NCBI RefSeq assembly: GCF_964204865.1
Contig: NC_135253.1
Span: 12,090,001-12,154,000 of the forward strand
Direction: 5' to 3'
DNA length: 64,000 nt
From: Styela clava
Lineage: Eukaryota
Positions 25,720 through 39,285 of this stretch are shown here, one piece after another. The notes under the pieces were generated by a model. It worked only from the letters and a program-made list of their open reading frames with translations, had not been told where the DNA came from and searched no databases. A program made the translations under genes and the position numbers. Positions within the stretch are counted from its first letter, which is position 1. The number at the start of each line of letters is the position of its first letter.

Positions 25720-26168
25720 AGTCTAAAATTTTTTGATCTAGACATCAGGTAGAAAACATTTTTACAGATATACTGCAAAAACCTAAAATAACTGAATAAC
25801 GTTACAAAGTAATTCATAATTGACTATAGAATAGTTTCTTGATATTCAAACATAGGCTAGTTCAGTTAGTTGCATACAAGCCAAAATCGAATACTATCGT
25901 CAATCACAAATAGGCCAACATTCTACAAATATAACTAATGAGTTCTTCTTGTTTTCTCATTAAGGGATTGTAAAAAACAAAAAAATATTCCAAATTGGGT
26001 CTTGTGCTACTGAAAACATGCATCGTTGCATATTTAAAGGGATAAGACAATAAGGTAAGTTACAGAAAAGACAAAACTATCACAACCGGTCAATTCTTGA
26101 AAATGGGATGAAAACTGCCGCAACCTTTTGTGTTTATACAAAATATGTAAATAAAGAAATATATTCAA

Positions 26169-26388
26169 AACAAGAGAGCTATGCTCAAATATATGGACAC
26201 GTAGCGCCACCCAGTGGCAACAATTTTGATGACGTCATAGCAAAAAGTAATAGCCTTCTGGGACCTTCATCTTTAACCACTGAAAATTCCAATGCAATTT
26301 GTCCCGTAATTAAAGAGAAATCGATTTCTTCAAAACTTATCAAAGAACAAGAACAACAAAACGATCGCCATGATCACTACGTGTCCAA
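26169..26388. mobile_element. Dispersed repeat, Helentron/HINE-like non-autonomous element
   Basis: Starts AACAAGAGAGCT. Subterminal inverted repeat GGACACGT...ACGTGTCC. Homologous to tandem copies at 54.6-55.4 kb. The family assignment is inference. Confidence 0.6.
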
Positions 26389-26585
26389 TAATCTTCGTCG
26401 TCTATTGTCGGCTCAAAAGACATTTAAAATCAACTCCAAGTTAATTACCAAAAAGTAATCAAAAGTATAGAGTGATTTCGTCCGCTAAACCCCCACGTGA
26501 TGAAATCAATAACATACAACAGCCAAATTAATACAGGTATGTGTTGGGTTTACTGTGGAAATTGTTTTCGGTCTACATCTACACC

Positions 26586-26823
26586 ATGGGTCTTCAATCG
26601 GGGGTAAATTCGACCTTCATGGGATGTGGCCAAACGCAGCAGTCATCCACATCACTCGATACAGCGCCGAGTGAGGTAGCTATGGACGGACACGCTAGTG
26701 CGCGAGACCCCGTCTCGCGCCACTTTTTTTGTGGTTCCAACACAGTGGAATTTTCAAGGGGGTAGGTTTCACTTTTCAAATTTGCCAAGGAGTAAACAAT
26801 AGAATAAAGGTTGGGAACCCTTG
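26586..26823. mobile_element. Degenerate hAT MITE
   Basis: Right end AAGGTTGGGAACCCTTG resembles the other hAT MITE ends. Left end CATGGGTCTTCAATCGGGGGTAAATT is degenerate. Confidence 0.45.
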
Positions 26824-27897
26824 CTCTGCTAAATATATCAACGTCTTCAGCACCAAAATTTATTATGCTGAATACAACAACCGGTGACGTGATATGTGTG
26901 ACAAAATCCACCAGCCAAGGCAATACCATCGCAAGTCGGTTCATTTTCCAGCTTGAATTCATCTTGAGCCACATGTGAAACAGTGAAAGGAATAACTTTT
27001 ACCCAATTCAAAAACAAACAAGAAAACACCTCACTACTATACAAAGCAAATTTATTTTTTGTTAAAATACTCATTGCACAAGAAGAAGAGTGCACTAACC
27101 AACACTAACAAATGATCAGCATATGTGCTAAATAAATATATATATTCAAACAAATTAAGATATCTAATCTAAAAGCATTGAAAAGACGTGCATCTAACTT
27201 GGCTTAAATTTTATATAGAAGATGGAATTTCACAAGTTAAAACACAAAGTTATCTGCTCTAAATGCAGAATGGAATAGTCTTTTTTCACTTGAAAATCGT
27301 GAACCTGAACCAGATAGGTGCAAACAAATATGGAAGATATCGTACCCATTTTGTCACGCTTGACAGTTACATGATTGTTGAAAAAAAATTTAAATTCTAA
27401 AACATATAACAGCACTTGCAGAATATCAATAAGGCACAATGAGCAGAGCAAAATTGTTTACTAATTTTAACTAGAGTAGACATGGCCGTATTAGACAAAC
27501 AACTGAATATACGCACATCAAAGTTTGATATTTCATAATCAAACAATGTGCTTGAGAGGTATTCAAAAATCCATAAACATCCACTCCGGGGAAAAATTCT
27601 TTAGACTATGAAAGATTTAAAGACAAGCCTTATTCTGTTTTGGTTGAAGTTTAAGTATTTTTGTTTTAGAGTTCGGAAGCACCAGCAATTCTGACACTAG
27701 AATTAATAGAATAATCAGACAATATAAAGTTTCGAAAAACGACTCAACGGCAGCTAAAATTGCAGAGCGTTGATGTCCTACTCGATTACACTTGCTACAT
27801 GTTTTACATTTATTCGATACATTGCTAAAATCAGAGCGTTGATGTCCTAACGGCATAACTCATACTTTCATAATTAACTTACATCTGCTAATGATTC

Positions 27898-30800
27898 TTA
27901 AATATCATCATCCATATTTACCCTAGATGTGGAAATTGGAAAAACAAGAGTTCTTGATTTCATATATGAAAGGTCAGGTAGCTTTTGCAAAACAAGGCGA
28001 GTCTCAGGGCTGAGTTTACTTTCTTCTTCTTCCCATTTTGAGGCGTTCTGTTGTGCAAACAATGTTGAAATAGTGCTGCTCGGAGATGAATTATTGCTTG
28101 AACTTTTGATCGAGGCCAAAATCTTGCTGAGTGTAGCAGATCCACTATCTTTTGGTGGTGGAGGGGGTTCAGTGGTTGGAGCTGTTGTGAGTTCTAGTAA
28201 CTCTGGGTCTATGAGGTCTGTTAAGAAAAATATTCCAGATTATTATCCTTGGATATTGAGATCACGATAAGTACTTGTAGAAGAAATGCATAACCAAGTA
28301 ACATGCAACTGCAAAATTTGATAATAAAACAGTGGAAAATTAAGCACTACTTCAATATAAAAGCAAGCAAAGGTCACATGCAGTTAGTGTTAGTCACCCT
28401 CACCAGTATGCTACCTGATTTAACCGATGATTTCGAACCATCAACACTGAGTTTTTCAAAATAATCCAAGTCCATAGAAGATGAAATGATTGGTATAGGA
28501 TCGCTCATATCCACTGAGCTTTGAACAGTGTCAGAATTATTTGTAATCTCATCACTATGTGACCAACTACCATCTATAAGCATGCTGTTCCCACTACCAG
28601 AATTATCTACAAGAAATTTATTATGAGTATTATTATGAATGAATTGCAATGAGCCATAAATTAATGCATATCAATTTTGAGTAGTATATTTTGTGAAAAA
28701 CTAGAATAGATTGAATCAGGCTTCTGCGATTTTTTGAGCTAAAATAAATGAGTCAATCTTTTGTTGTCCAATTGAAGACACCCAATATCGCCTGAAGAGA
28801 AATTATTGTCTCTATATGGAAATAACGCACAATGCTCCAGAAATATCACTTCATGTTTTCATTATAATAAAGTGAGCCATGAGTTATTTATGGAATATCA
28901 AAAAATATGAACAATGATGTAAATAGGAATATGGGCAAGATAGACAGCCAGATTAGGAATAGAATAGTAGGATTTACGGTAAGTGTCTTGCGAACGATTA
29001 CTTATGAAAAATCTTTTACTAGTGTCATACTGTACTTGTGACTGTGTGCATTTGAAAAGTAACGTAACGGCCAGTTTGAAAAGTCATTGAACATAGTAAA
29101 AAGGGGTTAAATAAAAATTGAAGTCAAGGAATAGCAGCACAATGCATAGAATGTTATATAGGGAGGATGTCAAAAAAAGCCTTACATTATACTCAAAGTT
29201 TTGCTTTTTTAGTTTTAAAAATGAAGTAAAACTTGTTTATCATAAAAAAACATACTAGGGGTTTAATTTTATTGAACAACACAAGTGTCTGTTAATTGAA
29301 ATTACGTTATAAGTTGTAGATTGGCCCTTGGAGCAGTTCAAGTCAAGACGCTGTTGTAGAATTGCTATTTACAATATAAAAATTCAATCAAATAAAATAT
29401 TAGGGGACAACATGAAAACAATCACATATGAATTTATATGTGAAACTAAATTAGACATGATACCAGGCTGAATATGTATGCTAAATATTCTTGATATAAA
29501 TATCAAATTATACTACTGTGAGCTAAATTAAATTTTTCTGTGTGTGTGTGGAGTTGGAATCTAATGTTCTAATACAAAGCACTGAGTACTTTACCTGCAA
29601 TAGTTTTCCATTCAGAATGTACCTCTTGTGCTTTGGAAGCCTCCTCCTGTCAAAATAAATCAAAAATCATAGTTGAACATTGAAAATGAGATGAAAATTA
29701 AATTAATAATATTTGGAACGATTATATTTTGTCGCTATCTAAAATAAATATTTTATATTGGGAATGGAAAATTGGTTTTCACATTTGGGAAGCCAGCTTA
29801 ATTCCAGTTTTGAAATAATATAGTACTCAGGATTTTTATAGAAATAAAGGAACATAATCTGCTAATGACACAACTGCATACCAGAAATGTAGCATGTAAT
29901 TTCAGTTTTACCAGCTACTGTCTATGCTCAAAAAGCTCATATTTATACTGATATTGACCAGATAATATGAAATTTATTAACAATGAAAACTATGTAAAAA
30001 TCTGCTCGTTAAGAAAGTCAACAAAATGGAATCATTATGAGTACCAGTAGTGCCGGAGCATTCTTTTCAGTCGGAGATAATGCTGTGATTTTTTCGGCAG
30101 CTGACATTGGTTTTAACACTCCTTTGCTTGGATCGATCATACCCTAAAACCAAGCGTTATTCATTTACTAACTACTTGATAATATTTTCAACATCACGAG
30201 TGAGCTGATAGCCATTCGAACAAACACTTCGTCTGATTAAGTCTAAGTGGGCACATTAGTCATGAATCCTGAAAAGCATGGAATTTTTACAAATATTAAG
30301 GGCTATATTTCATGTATATCACAAGAGATAAATAATAAATGAATATAAAATTTACCGAAATAACTGAACCATTAATATTCATTACTGAAAATTTAGTAGC
30401 TACTATTAATAAAGATCATAAATTCGAGAGCATAGTTGGAAAATTTTAAATAAAATATTAAAAAGCAGTTAGATTCTCTCATGTTTCAGTCACAGCCTGC
30501 ACTTGAGAGATTCAGGGTTACATGAATGAAGACATGAAACCAAAAGTTTAGACTCACCAATCCTGCAGCATAATAGGTTGGAACGTAGTAAGCTTGCTTG
30601 GTGCCACTGAAAAGCTAAATTAGATAAACGAGGATAGAAAATACATGAATAGCAAATATCACCAGGATCAATAAAAATACAAATAAATAATAAATCAATA
30701 ATACTGAATCAATGAAAATAAATCGTTGCAAAAAAGAAAATTATTTGCTGCAACTCCATTTGCCTTTCAAAACAAAATCTAACTGCGACATAAAAATTTT

Positions 30801-33800
30801 GGGATAGCCATGGGATATTGAAGTGTATATCGTGAAAACTGCACAATGCACATTATAAGGTTTTCATCCAATCTCATATAAAGTCTATTTTCCTTATAGA
30901 AATAGAATATTTCTTATCTAACACCGACTAAACACCAAAGTTTTTTCAATACAAGCATGTAAAATCATTAGGAATCAACATACACCGAATCATCAATACT
31001 GTAGAGTTGGAAGATATCACGATAAAACCACACAGAAAAAATAGTAAATGAAATGACAGTTGATCAAGTATGGTCACCATCAATGGTCAAACTATTTCCA
31101 TATGTGATGTGCAGTGATTTTTTTTCAAACTGTTGTGACTGACCTCCCCGTACATGCATGAAATTGATTTTAACAATGCGTGCAAAATTTCATGCCAAAG
31201 AAGTATTGTGATTGCCTATAATAATTTGATAAACTGAAATACACTTACAATATTTTGTGTATGCATTCCTAAAGAATCAAGTAGATGTTTGTTGTGACCG
31301 GAACCATTCCACACAAAGTTTAGTGCAAGGGTGTTGTCAATATCTTCCAGTTGATCCCATAGTTCCCCCGAACTAATAAAAGAAGAAATTGAATATTGTA
31401 AAAATAGGAATATGTGCTCAAGTGATGTTGGTCAGTTACGTCATTGTGCAGCTATTTCCATGACAGCAATTGGTACCAGTTTCTTTTCCAACCTAATTAT
31501 GGTCCACCGGTTATTATCTTTTTAAGGTTTAATAGTAAATGTGATTACCATATATTCTCGCATATAAGCCGAGTTTAAAACTCCAAAAAAAGGGTTCCCG
31601 AACTAAGGGGTCAGCTTATATGCACATAACTCAGATTTCTACCTAACTATGATCTACCGGTAATTATCTTTAAGGTTTAATAGTAAATGGAAAATGTGAC
31701 TACGGTTTATAGCACGAGTTGAAATCAACCGGAACGATGGTATAAATGTCAATGAACAACACCTTTTAGTGGAGCAAAAATTATAACTCAAAACTTGCTT
31801 TTACATCCAAACTATATATTCTGTATATTCAATTTCTAAAACATTCAAAATTCAAGGGTGGTAAAAAATCATTAAATATTTTGAACAGAAAAATTAGATA
31901 GTTTGATGGGTAGGCATACCTAACTAGAATGCTCACAACCTAACAAGAACTATGTTCAAGTCTAGTAATTTACATTACCTAGTAGCCTACTTACCATGAT
32001 ATTTGTAAAGATTCTCCACTAACAGTTGAATGATTTTCCGCATCAGAATTCATCAAATCTGATATTAAATGAATTTGACTTTTCGATAAATCATTTTTCT
32101 TGTTCAAATATTTTGACACAAAAGATTCCACCTTAAATACATAACAATTAAATATTACTAACAATGTATAATAGTATATCATCGATTCTAGAAGTGAATA
32201 CATGCTGTCTTAAAGAAAAAATAGAAATTGGACAGTAATTATGTCAAAGATGACCACTAACGGGCCACATCTAGTCCACAAACAATGAAACTCCCGGAGG
32301 TTTGATTTACTGAATGATTCAAGATTCTAAACTCTGTTATTGGCATTTTAAAGGAAATTTGTAGCTTCATTTCATCATCCTTACATTTTACTTTTATAAA
32401 GTGCAATTTTTCAGTTCAGTACATACTGGTAATCCAATGTTTTTGAATGAAAGTTGGAAGACCAAGTATTTATATATTTCAGCATACTGTGAATTTTTGG
32501 ATGATGCCAAACATGCAAATGCATTCACTTCTTAGTTAAGCATTTTTTGTTCGACAAAAGATCACAGTTCCATCACCATTGAATAGTACAAATTTTCTGT
32601 TGGTCTCTACATTTGCACACCATATTGTTACACTGGAACCTGTTTAATGTTCGTGTTCAGAGAACTGCAGTAAAATTTAATGTTAATATTATTTATTATT
32701 TAACAAAAATAGTAATACCAGTAATCTTTCTTACTTTTTCTTTTACAGTTGATACATTTTTCACAGTGTCTTGAACAGACGACCAGGTTGTTGCAGAACC
32801 ACTCCCAAAGTCTGCAAAATCATCATCACCAGTACCTTCAGCAAAATCACCAAAGTCATCCACATCTGGATCCATTTTGGTTGTTTCCTTAGGAGCAGAA
32901 AAATCAGCAAATCCATCCGTATTATTGGCAGTGGTATTTTCTTCAAATGCACCAAAGTCACATTCAAATGGAACAACTTCACTTTGTGTCGATTCAACAA
33001 CATTATTACAATTACTGTCACTGGTCACAAACTCAGTTTCAAAATCACCAAAATCATCATCAGCTTGGATATTTTCAGTAACATTTTCATCTGAAGTCTT
33101 ATTTTCAGTACAAGATGCCGATTCGAAAGTGGCACCTAAATCATCCGTTTGTTCTTTTGAATTTTCAACCGGAATTTTGTCTATTGCATCTGTCGGTTGT
33201 GCTGATATAGTTGAATTTTCTTCAATTTCAAGCTCTTTATTATCACCATCAGACACATCCTCTAATTCTGAGTTAATGGGCTTTTCAACTTCAACAGATG
33301 CAAAATCAGCAAAGTCTTTATCAAAATCCTCATTTTCTGGTGTATTCTCCTCTGTTCTATTTTTCTCACAGGGATTCTCTTGAACTTCATTTTGAGCAAT
33401 AGCGGATGCCAATTCATTAACATCAATATGTTCTTTGTTACTTACAAAATTATTAACGACGAGTTCTTGAGATATTGTATCTTCATATACAATATCATCA
33501 TTCAAATTTCCTTCAAGTTGAAGCTCTTTATTATCACCATCAGATACAACATCCTCCAATTCTGAGTTAATGGGCTTTTCACTTTCAACAGATGTAAAAT
33601 CAGCAAAGTCTTCATCAAAATCATCATTTTCTGGTGCATTCTCCTCTATTCTATTTTCTTCACAGGAATTCTCTCGAACTTCACTCTGAGCAATAGCAGA
33701 TGCTGATTCGTTAACATCAATATGTTCATTAATACTTACAGAATTATTAACATTAAATTCTTGGCATATTGTATCTTCACATACAATATCATCCGATGAT

Positions 33801-35099
33801 TTTACTTCAACTTCTGTTAAGTTATAATTAAGGCTTTTATTTTGCAAATCTTCTGGATATTTAGATGATTTTTCACGAAAAAAATTTTCCTCACTTATTG
33901 CACTTTGTTTTGAGGCAATTTCAGTTATATTTATGTCATCAACAGTTTCTGATACAACATAATTTTGATTATTCAGGCAACTTTCATCAGTAAGTGACAC
34001 ATGATCTCCATTATCAAAGTTATCCACTAAATCAGAATTCTTCATATTGTTCTGCGAGAAACTTATATCTTCATCTTTAATAGACATGTCAGGTTCAGCG
34101 GAGTTCGCAATTGTATTTGAGGCAGAAGTATTAAGAAGATTTTGATCATCACTATTTTTAATAGAGGTGTCTTGAATATTTAACCGATCATCAGTGAGTT
34201 CTGCGCATTTTGTATTTGCCTTCTCTTTATCATTTGAAGATTGAGTGTTTATACTGTCATCTTCAATGTCCGGATTTTTAACACCATTACATTGAGTTTC
34301 TATAGTATCATCGGTAATATTTGATTTACTTGAACCATTTAAAGGTGGTGAAGATTGCATTGAGGAATTCACCATATTCTTTTCTTGTCCATATTGGCTT
34401 TCATGAAATATTGTTTCCACCTCTGAGAATGAAATAAAAAGTAAATCAACAAGACAGTCAAATGACTATTGCAATGTAAGCCAAATTCCAATCAAATGTT
34501 AAAAGAATTGTAGCAGCAATATTTCAGGAGTAAAATAAAAGTAGTATCTTATAGTGATTTCTTTTATTGCTGAAAATTTGGAATTGATCCTCTTTTATGT
34601 TGTGGTCTTGTGGAGCAAGGTTATTTATCATGAACTCTTTATCACAATCGTGCAAAAAAATGGATTGTGATTGGAGTAGTGAACGGCCACCGGATATGTA
34701 AACGATGCTGCAGTAGTAAAAACTCGAGCAATCCCTCCACACCTAATTATCTCCCACAAGATTCAAAACACAACTCATGAAATTAGAGTTACAAAAATTA
34801 ACAAAAAACAAAAATTACCAACCTTTATCATTATTCAATTCAATCTTTCCGTTTTCACCCTTGCTATTTGGAAACAAATTTTTGGCAGGAAAATGGGTAT
34901 CATCACTTAAAAAATGATTAGAATCATCAATACTGGGTGGAGAATTGATAGACGGATATGAATCATCATCATAAATAATAGGAGAAGAGAAATCGTCAAA
35001 GTCATCATCATTTTGTGCGCTGTCTTTAAAATCACCAAAATCTTCACCATCATCCATGGGTGGAGGTGTCGTTGACACCATGGGAATAAATCCAGACAT
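27898..35099 (-). CDS. AFTPH: Aftiphilin
   Basis: Multi-exon gene. N-terminus IPMVSTTPPPMDD. Large acidic exon with many DFGDF/DFADF gamma-ear-binding motifs. LWDQLEDIDNTLALNFVWNGS, GMIDPSKGVLKP and C-terminal LPDLSYMKSRTLVFP. Confidence 0.9.
33215..33793 (-). repeat. Coding tandem duplication, 2 x ~294 bp (98 aa), within AFTPH
   Basis: DDIVCEDTICQE...DGDNKEL and DDIVYEDTISQE...DGDNKEL. Units start at 33793 and 33499. Confidence 0.92.
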
Positions 35100-36093
35100 G
35101 ATGTATGTTATTCCAGTTTACAAAGCATCACAATATTTATGTTTGAATTTCGTCTTAAAAATAGTAATAAAAATAATCAGTTCAAAGTATATTTAAAAGC
35201 CAGCCAGGCCTTACAAAATAAATTCCCAAATAGAACTTGACAACATAGTACATGATGATTTTAACACAACATTGTAAAAGCATCGATTTTTCTGTCCTCA
35301 AAAAAAAACAATTTCTTGAGTTGAGTGTGAGATGGAAAATCTTTTTGCCACAATTATCAAAATATTTTGCCACTTAAAGTTACATGACAGAACAATGAAA
35401 TATGTCCAAAATTAAGAAGGAAAAGAGTTTCAGAATTCCCCATTACTAAGATATGACACAGAAATATTATTCAATTTATTTCAAATTTGAAGAAATTCAA
35501 AATAAACACTCATCCGAGTTAGTCATACAATTCAACAAACTGAATTACAAATTGCTAAATCCAAATATTTACAGTATAAAAAGTAATCTAATCCTAGAAT
35601 TTCTGAACAATAAAAATATTCTAAATAGAGCCATGGGTCATAGGTCAAAGCGGAATGATTGCACAGATAACAAGTCATCATGAAGTCCATTATAAAAGTG
35701 CGAGTAATTTATCTTTTTTAACTAATTTCCCAATAGTATTGGTAATGCAAGAGTCTTGCTGCACATTAGCACAAATGTATTTCTGTAACTTTTTGATTTG
35801 TCTTGATCATCCGAGGACTCAGGCTCAACTCACTTATGCCAACATAAAATGAACTAAACATATATGACAAATGATTGTATGAAATATAATTGAAGTCGGT
35901 GTTGAAAGATGATGAGTAGTTGGAATACATACCTACTTGAATACAGTGACATCATATAAAACGGTTTTTAGATAAGGACTAGTAATGTTGTTCAAGTGCA
36001 TTTACACAGCTGCCCTTGTTTTGATTAATTTTTATATCGAATGAACAGTAAAAAAATACCAAACATTTTAGCAGTCTCTTTTGCATTTTTTAT

Positions 36094-37773
36094 TCATGAA
36101 CGTGATGGCCTTGTATCTGTATCAGCAGCACCCGATCTCCTTGATCTGGTTTCATTAGTTTTTTCGCTGAATGCGGATCGTCGCATGGTGCTTCTTCGTA
36201 AGCTCTTGTTTGCGGCTGGCTGCGTAGTTTCAGCCATCATTTGTGTTGACATGAATTGCGCAACCTGATCCATGACATCTTTCTGCATCTCGGTTGTCAT
36301 CATAAAAACATCGTGTTCTCTACTGTTATACATGATAGCATTTTGAAACATCAACATTAAATCACGATGAAACTCTGTGGTTGTACGAGTAACTCCATTT
36401 TCAATATTTTTTTTGAGTTGAGATAAATCCATACTACGGTATACAGTAGTTGAATAGTTGGGTGCGATATCATCAGTCACAGGTTGCAAAAACAAGCTAG
36501 CATACCTATGACTTGCTACCTGTTTCCATAATATCATAATCGATTTTCGCCAAGCCTTCCAACTGGCAGTAGAATCAGGATCCATGTCACTGCTGTGTGA
36601 AAGTGCTGGACTTGATGGAAAACTGTCTGATACAAAGCTGTCAGGTGGAGCTGGAGTTCCAGGTAGACTTATCGACTGATGTAAAGTTTCATCAATTGAA
36701 AAATTAAAAGCACTATTATTAACCCCAGCAACTTCTGATGAAACAGTATCATCAGTCGAGGAATGTTTTCTCCGAGCCTCTGTTTCAATTAAATTTTCTG
36801 AATTTTTCTCCTGTTTCTCTACAGTAATATTTTGTTCAATCTTTTCATTTTTAGCGACAATATCTTCTTTCTGTGATTCAATCTCATCTGGTATAGGTTT
36901 AAATATGGAGTCAACATTTTTGGCAACGTTGGCATCTTTTTCAAATGACTCAGTTACTGTATAATCGAAGTCTGATTTTTCCTTAGTTTCAACTTTGTTT
37001 TCTTGGGGAACATTATCCAAGTTTTGCATTTCAGCTAGGCTTGTATCTCCTACAACAGTTGCAGCTCCAATTATCTTGCTTTCTTCAGTTTTCAGACTGA
37101 TATCAGTAATAACATTTATGGCAGGTTCATTATCTTTGACAATATCGCCAGGCAATTTTGGTATTGTATCTTCATCAGGTAGTACAGTCCTTTGCAACTT
37201 TTCGATTTCATTTCTTATTTCTTCAGCTAGAGAATTAGCATCTTCAATTTCATTATTTTCTTGAGTATCAACATCTTTATCCATTGTATATTCCATTTCT
37301 CTGCCTTCGTTTTCAATTTCATTAATAAGTTCATCTAACCGGTCATCGACTGTCCCTGATTCAATTAATTCAATTTCTCTTTTCAATTTGCGATATTCTG
37401 TTCTTTCATAACGCAATTGTTTTTTCAATTCTTCTATGCGTACTTTTGTTAAACGTGACACAATAACATCCTCTGGTGATGAACCAGGTTGTATGTTTTC
37501 TGATGAATCAGAACGTTCACTTCCTCTTTTACGCTTCGGAGCATCCGTTTGATCTACTAAAGCAGTGTATTGTTGGGCGCAAAATTTAGGACTAAACCAA
37601 TCTGGAGGTCTGTCAGGTTCACCCAGTGGTTTTAAAAGTCTTCCCACACCAGACCAATGCTGCTCACCAGTTCTTAATACATATGAAGCAATTGCTAATT
37701 TTTCTCTCGTTGACCATTCTGTCTCAGGTTTCATATTTGTTGTTGAAGATTCTGAAGAATCAGCTTCTGCCAT
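36094..37773 (-). CDS. BRD8: Bromodomain-containing protein 8, intronless
   Basis: N-terminal WSTREKLAIAS.VLRTGEQHW...RPPDWFS..CAQQY, then a coiled coil and a single bromodomain (WRKSIM...HRYASLFLQPVTDDIAPNY...MFQNAIMYN). Confidence 0.93.
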   Translation of the reverse strand: MAEADSSESSTTNMKPETEWSTREKLAIASYVLRTGEQHWSGVGRLLKPLGEPDRPPDWFSPKFCAQQYTALVDQTDAPKRKRGSERSDSSENIQPGSSPEDVIVSRLTKVRIEELKKQLRYERTEYRKLKREIELIESGTVDDRLDELINEIENEGREMEYTMDKDVDTQENNEIEDANSLAEEIRNEIEKLQRTVLPDEDTIPKLPGDIVKDNEPAINVITDISLKTEESKIIGAATVVGDTSLAEMQNLDNVPQENKVETKEKSDFDYTVTESFEKDANVAKNVDSIFKPIPDEIESQKEDIVAKNEKIEQNITVEKQEKNSENLIETEARRKHSSTDDTVSSEVAGVNNSAFNFSIDETLHQSISLPGTPAPPDSFVSDSFPSSPALSHSSDMDPDSTASWKAWRKSIMILWKQVASHRYASLFLQPVTDDIAPNYSTTVYRSMDLSQLKKNIENGVTRTTTEFHRDLMLMFQNAIMYNSREHDVFMMTTEMQKDVMDQVAQFMSTQMMAETTQPAANKSLRRSTMRRSAFSEKTNETRSRRSGAADTDTRPSRS

Positions 37774-38945
37774 TTAATTTATGTTTTGCAATAATATTGA
37801 GTCGTTTTATCATCTCATAAGCATTACCAGTATCTTAATCTACGGTAATACCTTGAAATTTAAGCATAATCAAGATAAATAAAATGTCCATAGATGTAAC
37901 GTGGCTCAGGTAATTACTTCAATGAAATGAGACAAAAATCTGAATTGGAATTAAGCGATAATTTTTATAAAAAAAATGTTCAATATGATTATCATTCAAT
38001 GATCATTTATTATAAAGATCATTATAAATGTTAGGAAATTACTCATTTTTTCAAGAAAAATAATTCGTATCTAACACAGTTTGGAATAATTTCTTCAGCT
38101 TGAATAAAAATTATATCCACTTGAACCAGTGGTTAAACAAGTACATTGAACCATGAAAAAATGATCAACATGTAAAGGGGAACAGCAAAATACTGTATAA
38201 CCACACAATGAATTACTTGAGTTTTGTCTGTTTCTTTATGAGATTCTTATTATAGTGATAGGTTAAATAAACATACATTTACAGTATCAAACTTTCAATA
38301 TGCCGTGCCAAATCATTGAATTCAACACTTCCACAATAAGCATCATTGACAAAATTAGGAAGAAATTACCTTTTCAATGCACCCAGGGCAAAGGAACAAC
38401 ATAGAAGTTGAACAAAATTTATTATGATTTAGAATCCAAAAAAGTATTATTTCGTGGAAATAGATTGTTATTCCTTTTCATCCCTTTCATACTGTTTCAT
38501 TCAAGCCAAATCCAAGGCAGGTGGACACTAAAAATTTCCTGCAGTTTAACACAATATCCAAGTACTCCCAGTTTGGGAATTCAGAAAACAAAATTAAGAT
38601 TTTCCTAATGTAAAATTAGCTATTTCAAGAGTCACATCATGATCAAATTGTATGTGGTAAAATTTGTCATATTTTATTTCTATTTCATTTTAAAATAAAT
38701 AAACTAATTTAGTCAAAAAAAAAAAAGAAACTAAGAATACCAAATTATTTGGGTGCAAAAATTCCTATCAATGATAAACATTTGTAACATGCAATTATCA
38801 TAGATAGCCTACTTCAGTTGTATATTTTAGTCAATGCACTGTCAACATAAGGCATCTCACAAATAATAAAAACAATATCCACAAAACGAAACTCTCAATC
38901 AATATGAAATAAATACAATAAAAAATGCAGATAATTCATGTCTGT

Positions 38946-39271
38946 CAGGACTGGGGAGCCATATCTGTAATGTTTTGTTGGTGCAGATTAAAGGCAAGCT
39001 TCTCATAATAGATGGAGCTAGAGCTACCAGAAATTTTAGTGGCTCCAGCTCATAACACATCTATTTATTTTTCATATGAATTTATAAATTTTTAATACCT
39101 TATAGAAATGATAAAATCTATCAATATTTTCAGCTTATAATGTTTTTTAAGATTTGATTCCAATTATTTATTTAGGTTTAAAGTTCGATTTAAAAATCTG
39201 AGACCTTAAATATTGCGGCATTGGAGCCTGAGCGGTGGTCAAAGTGATTTCCAAACAGCTCCCCAGTCCGG
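38946..39271. mobile_element. MITE immediately 3' of the CLPB stop
   Basis: TIRs CAGGACTGGGGAGC...GCTCCCCAGTCCGG with internal GGAGCT/GGAGCC motifs. No TSD resolved. Confidence 0.65.
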
Positions 39272-39285
39272 AATTGTCAATAGCA

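Noticed and set aside
26108-26458. 116-aa ORF similar to the ORF at 54513
   Set aside because: The similarity comes from the shared non-coding repeat.
31490-31705. Tc1/mariner-like end fragment between two ~55-bp direct repeats in an AFTPH intron
   Set aside because: No matching second TIR or TSD could be defined.
32771-33565. Antisense ORFs over AFTPH (and similar ones over BRD8, CLPB, NPRL3)
   Set aside because: Shadow ORFs expected opposite biased coding sequence, with no independent signals.
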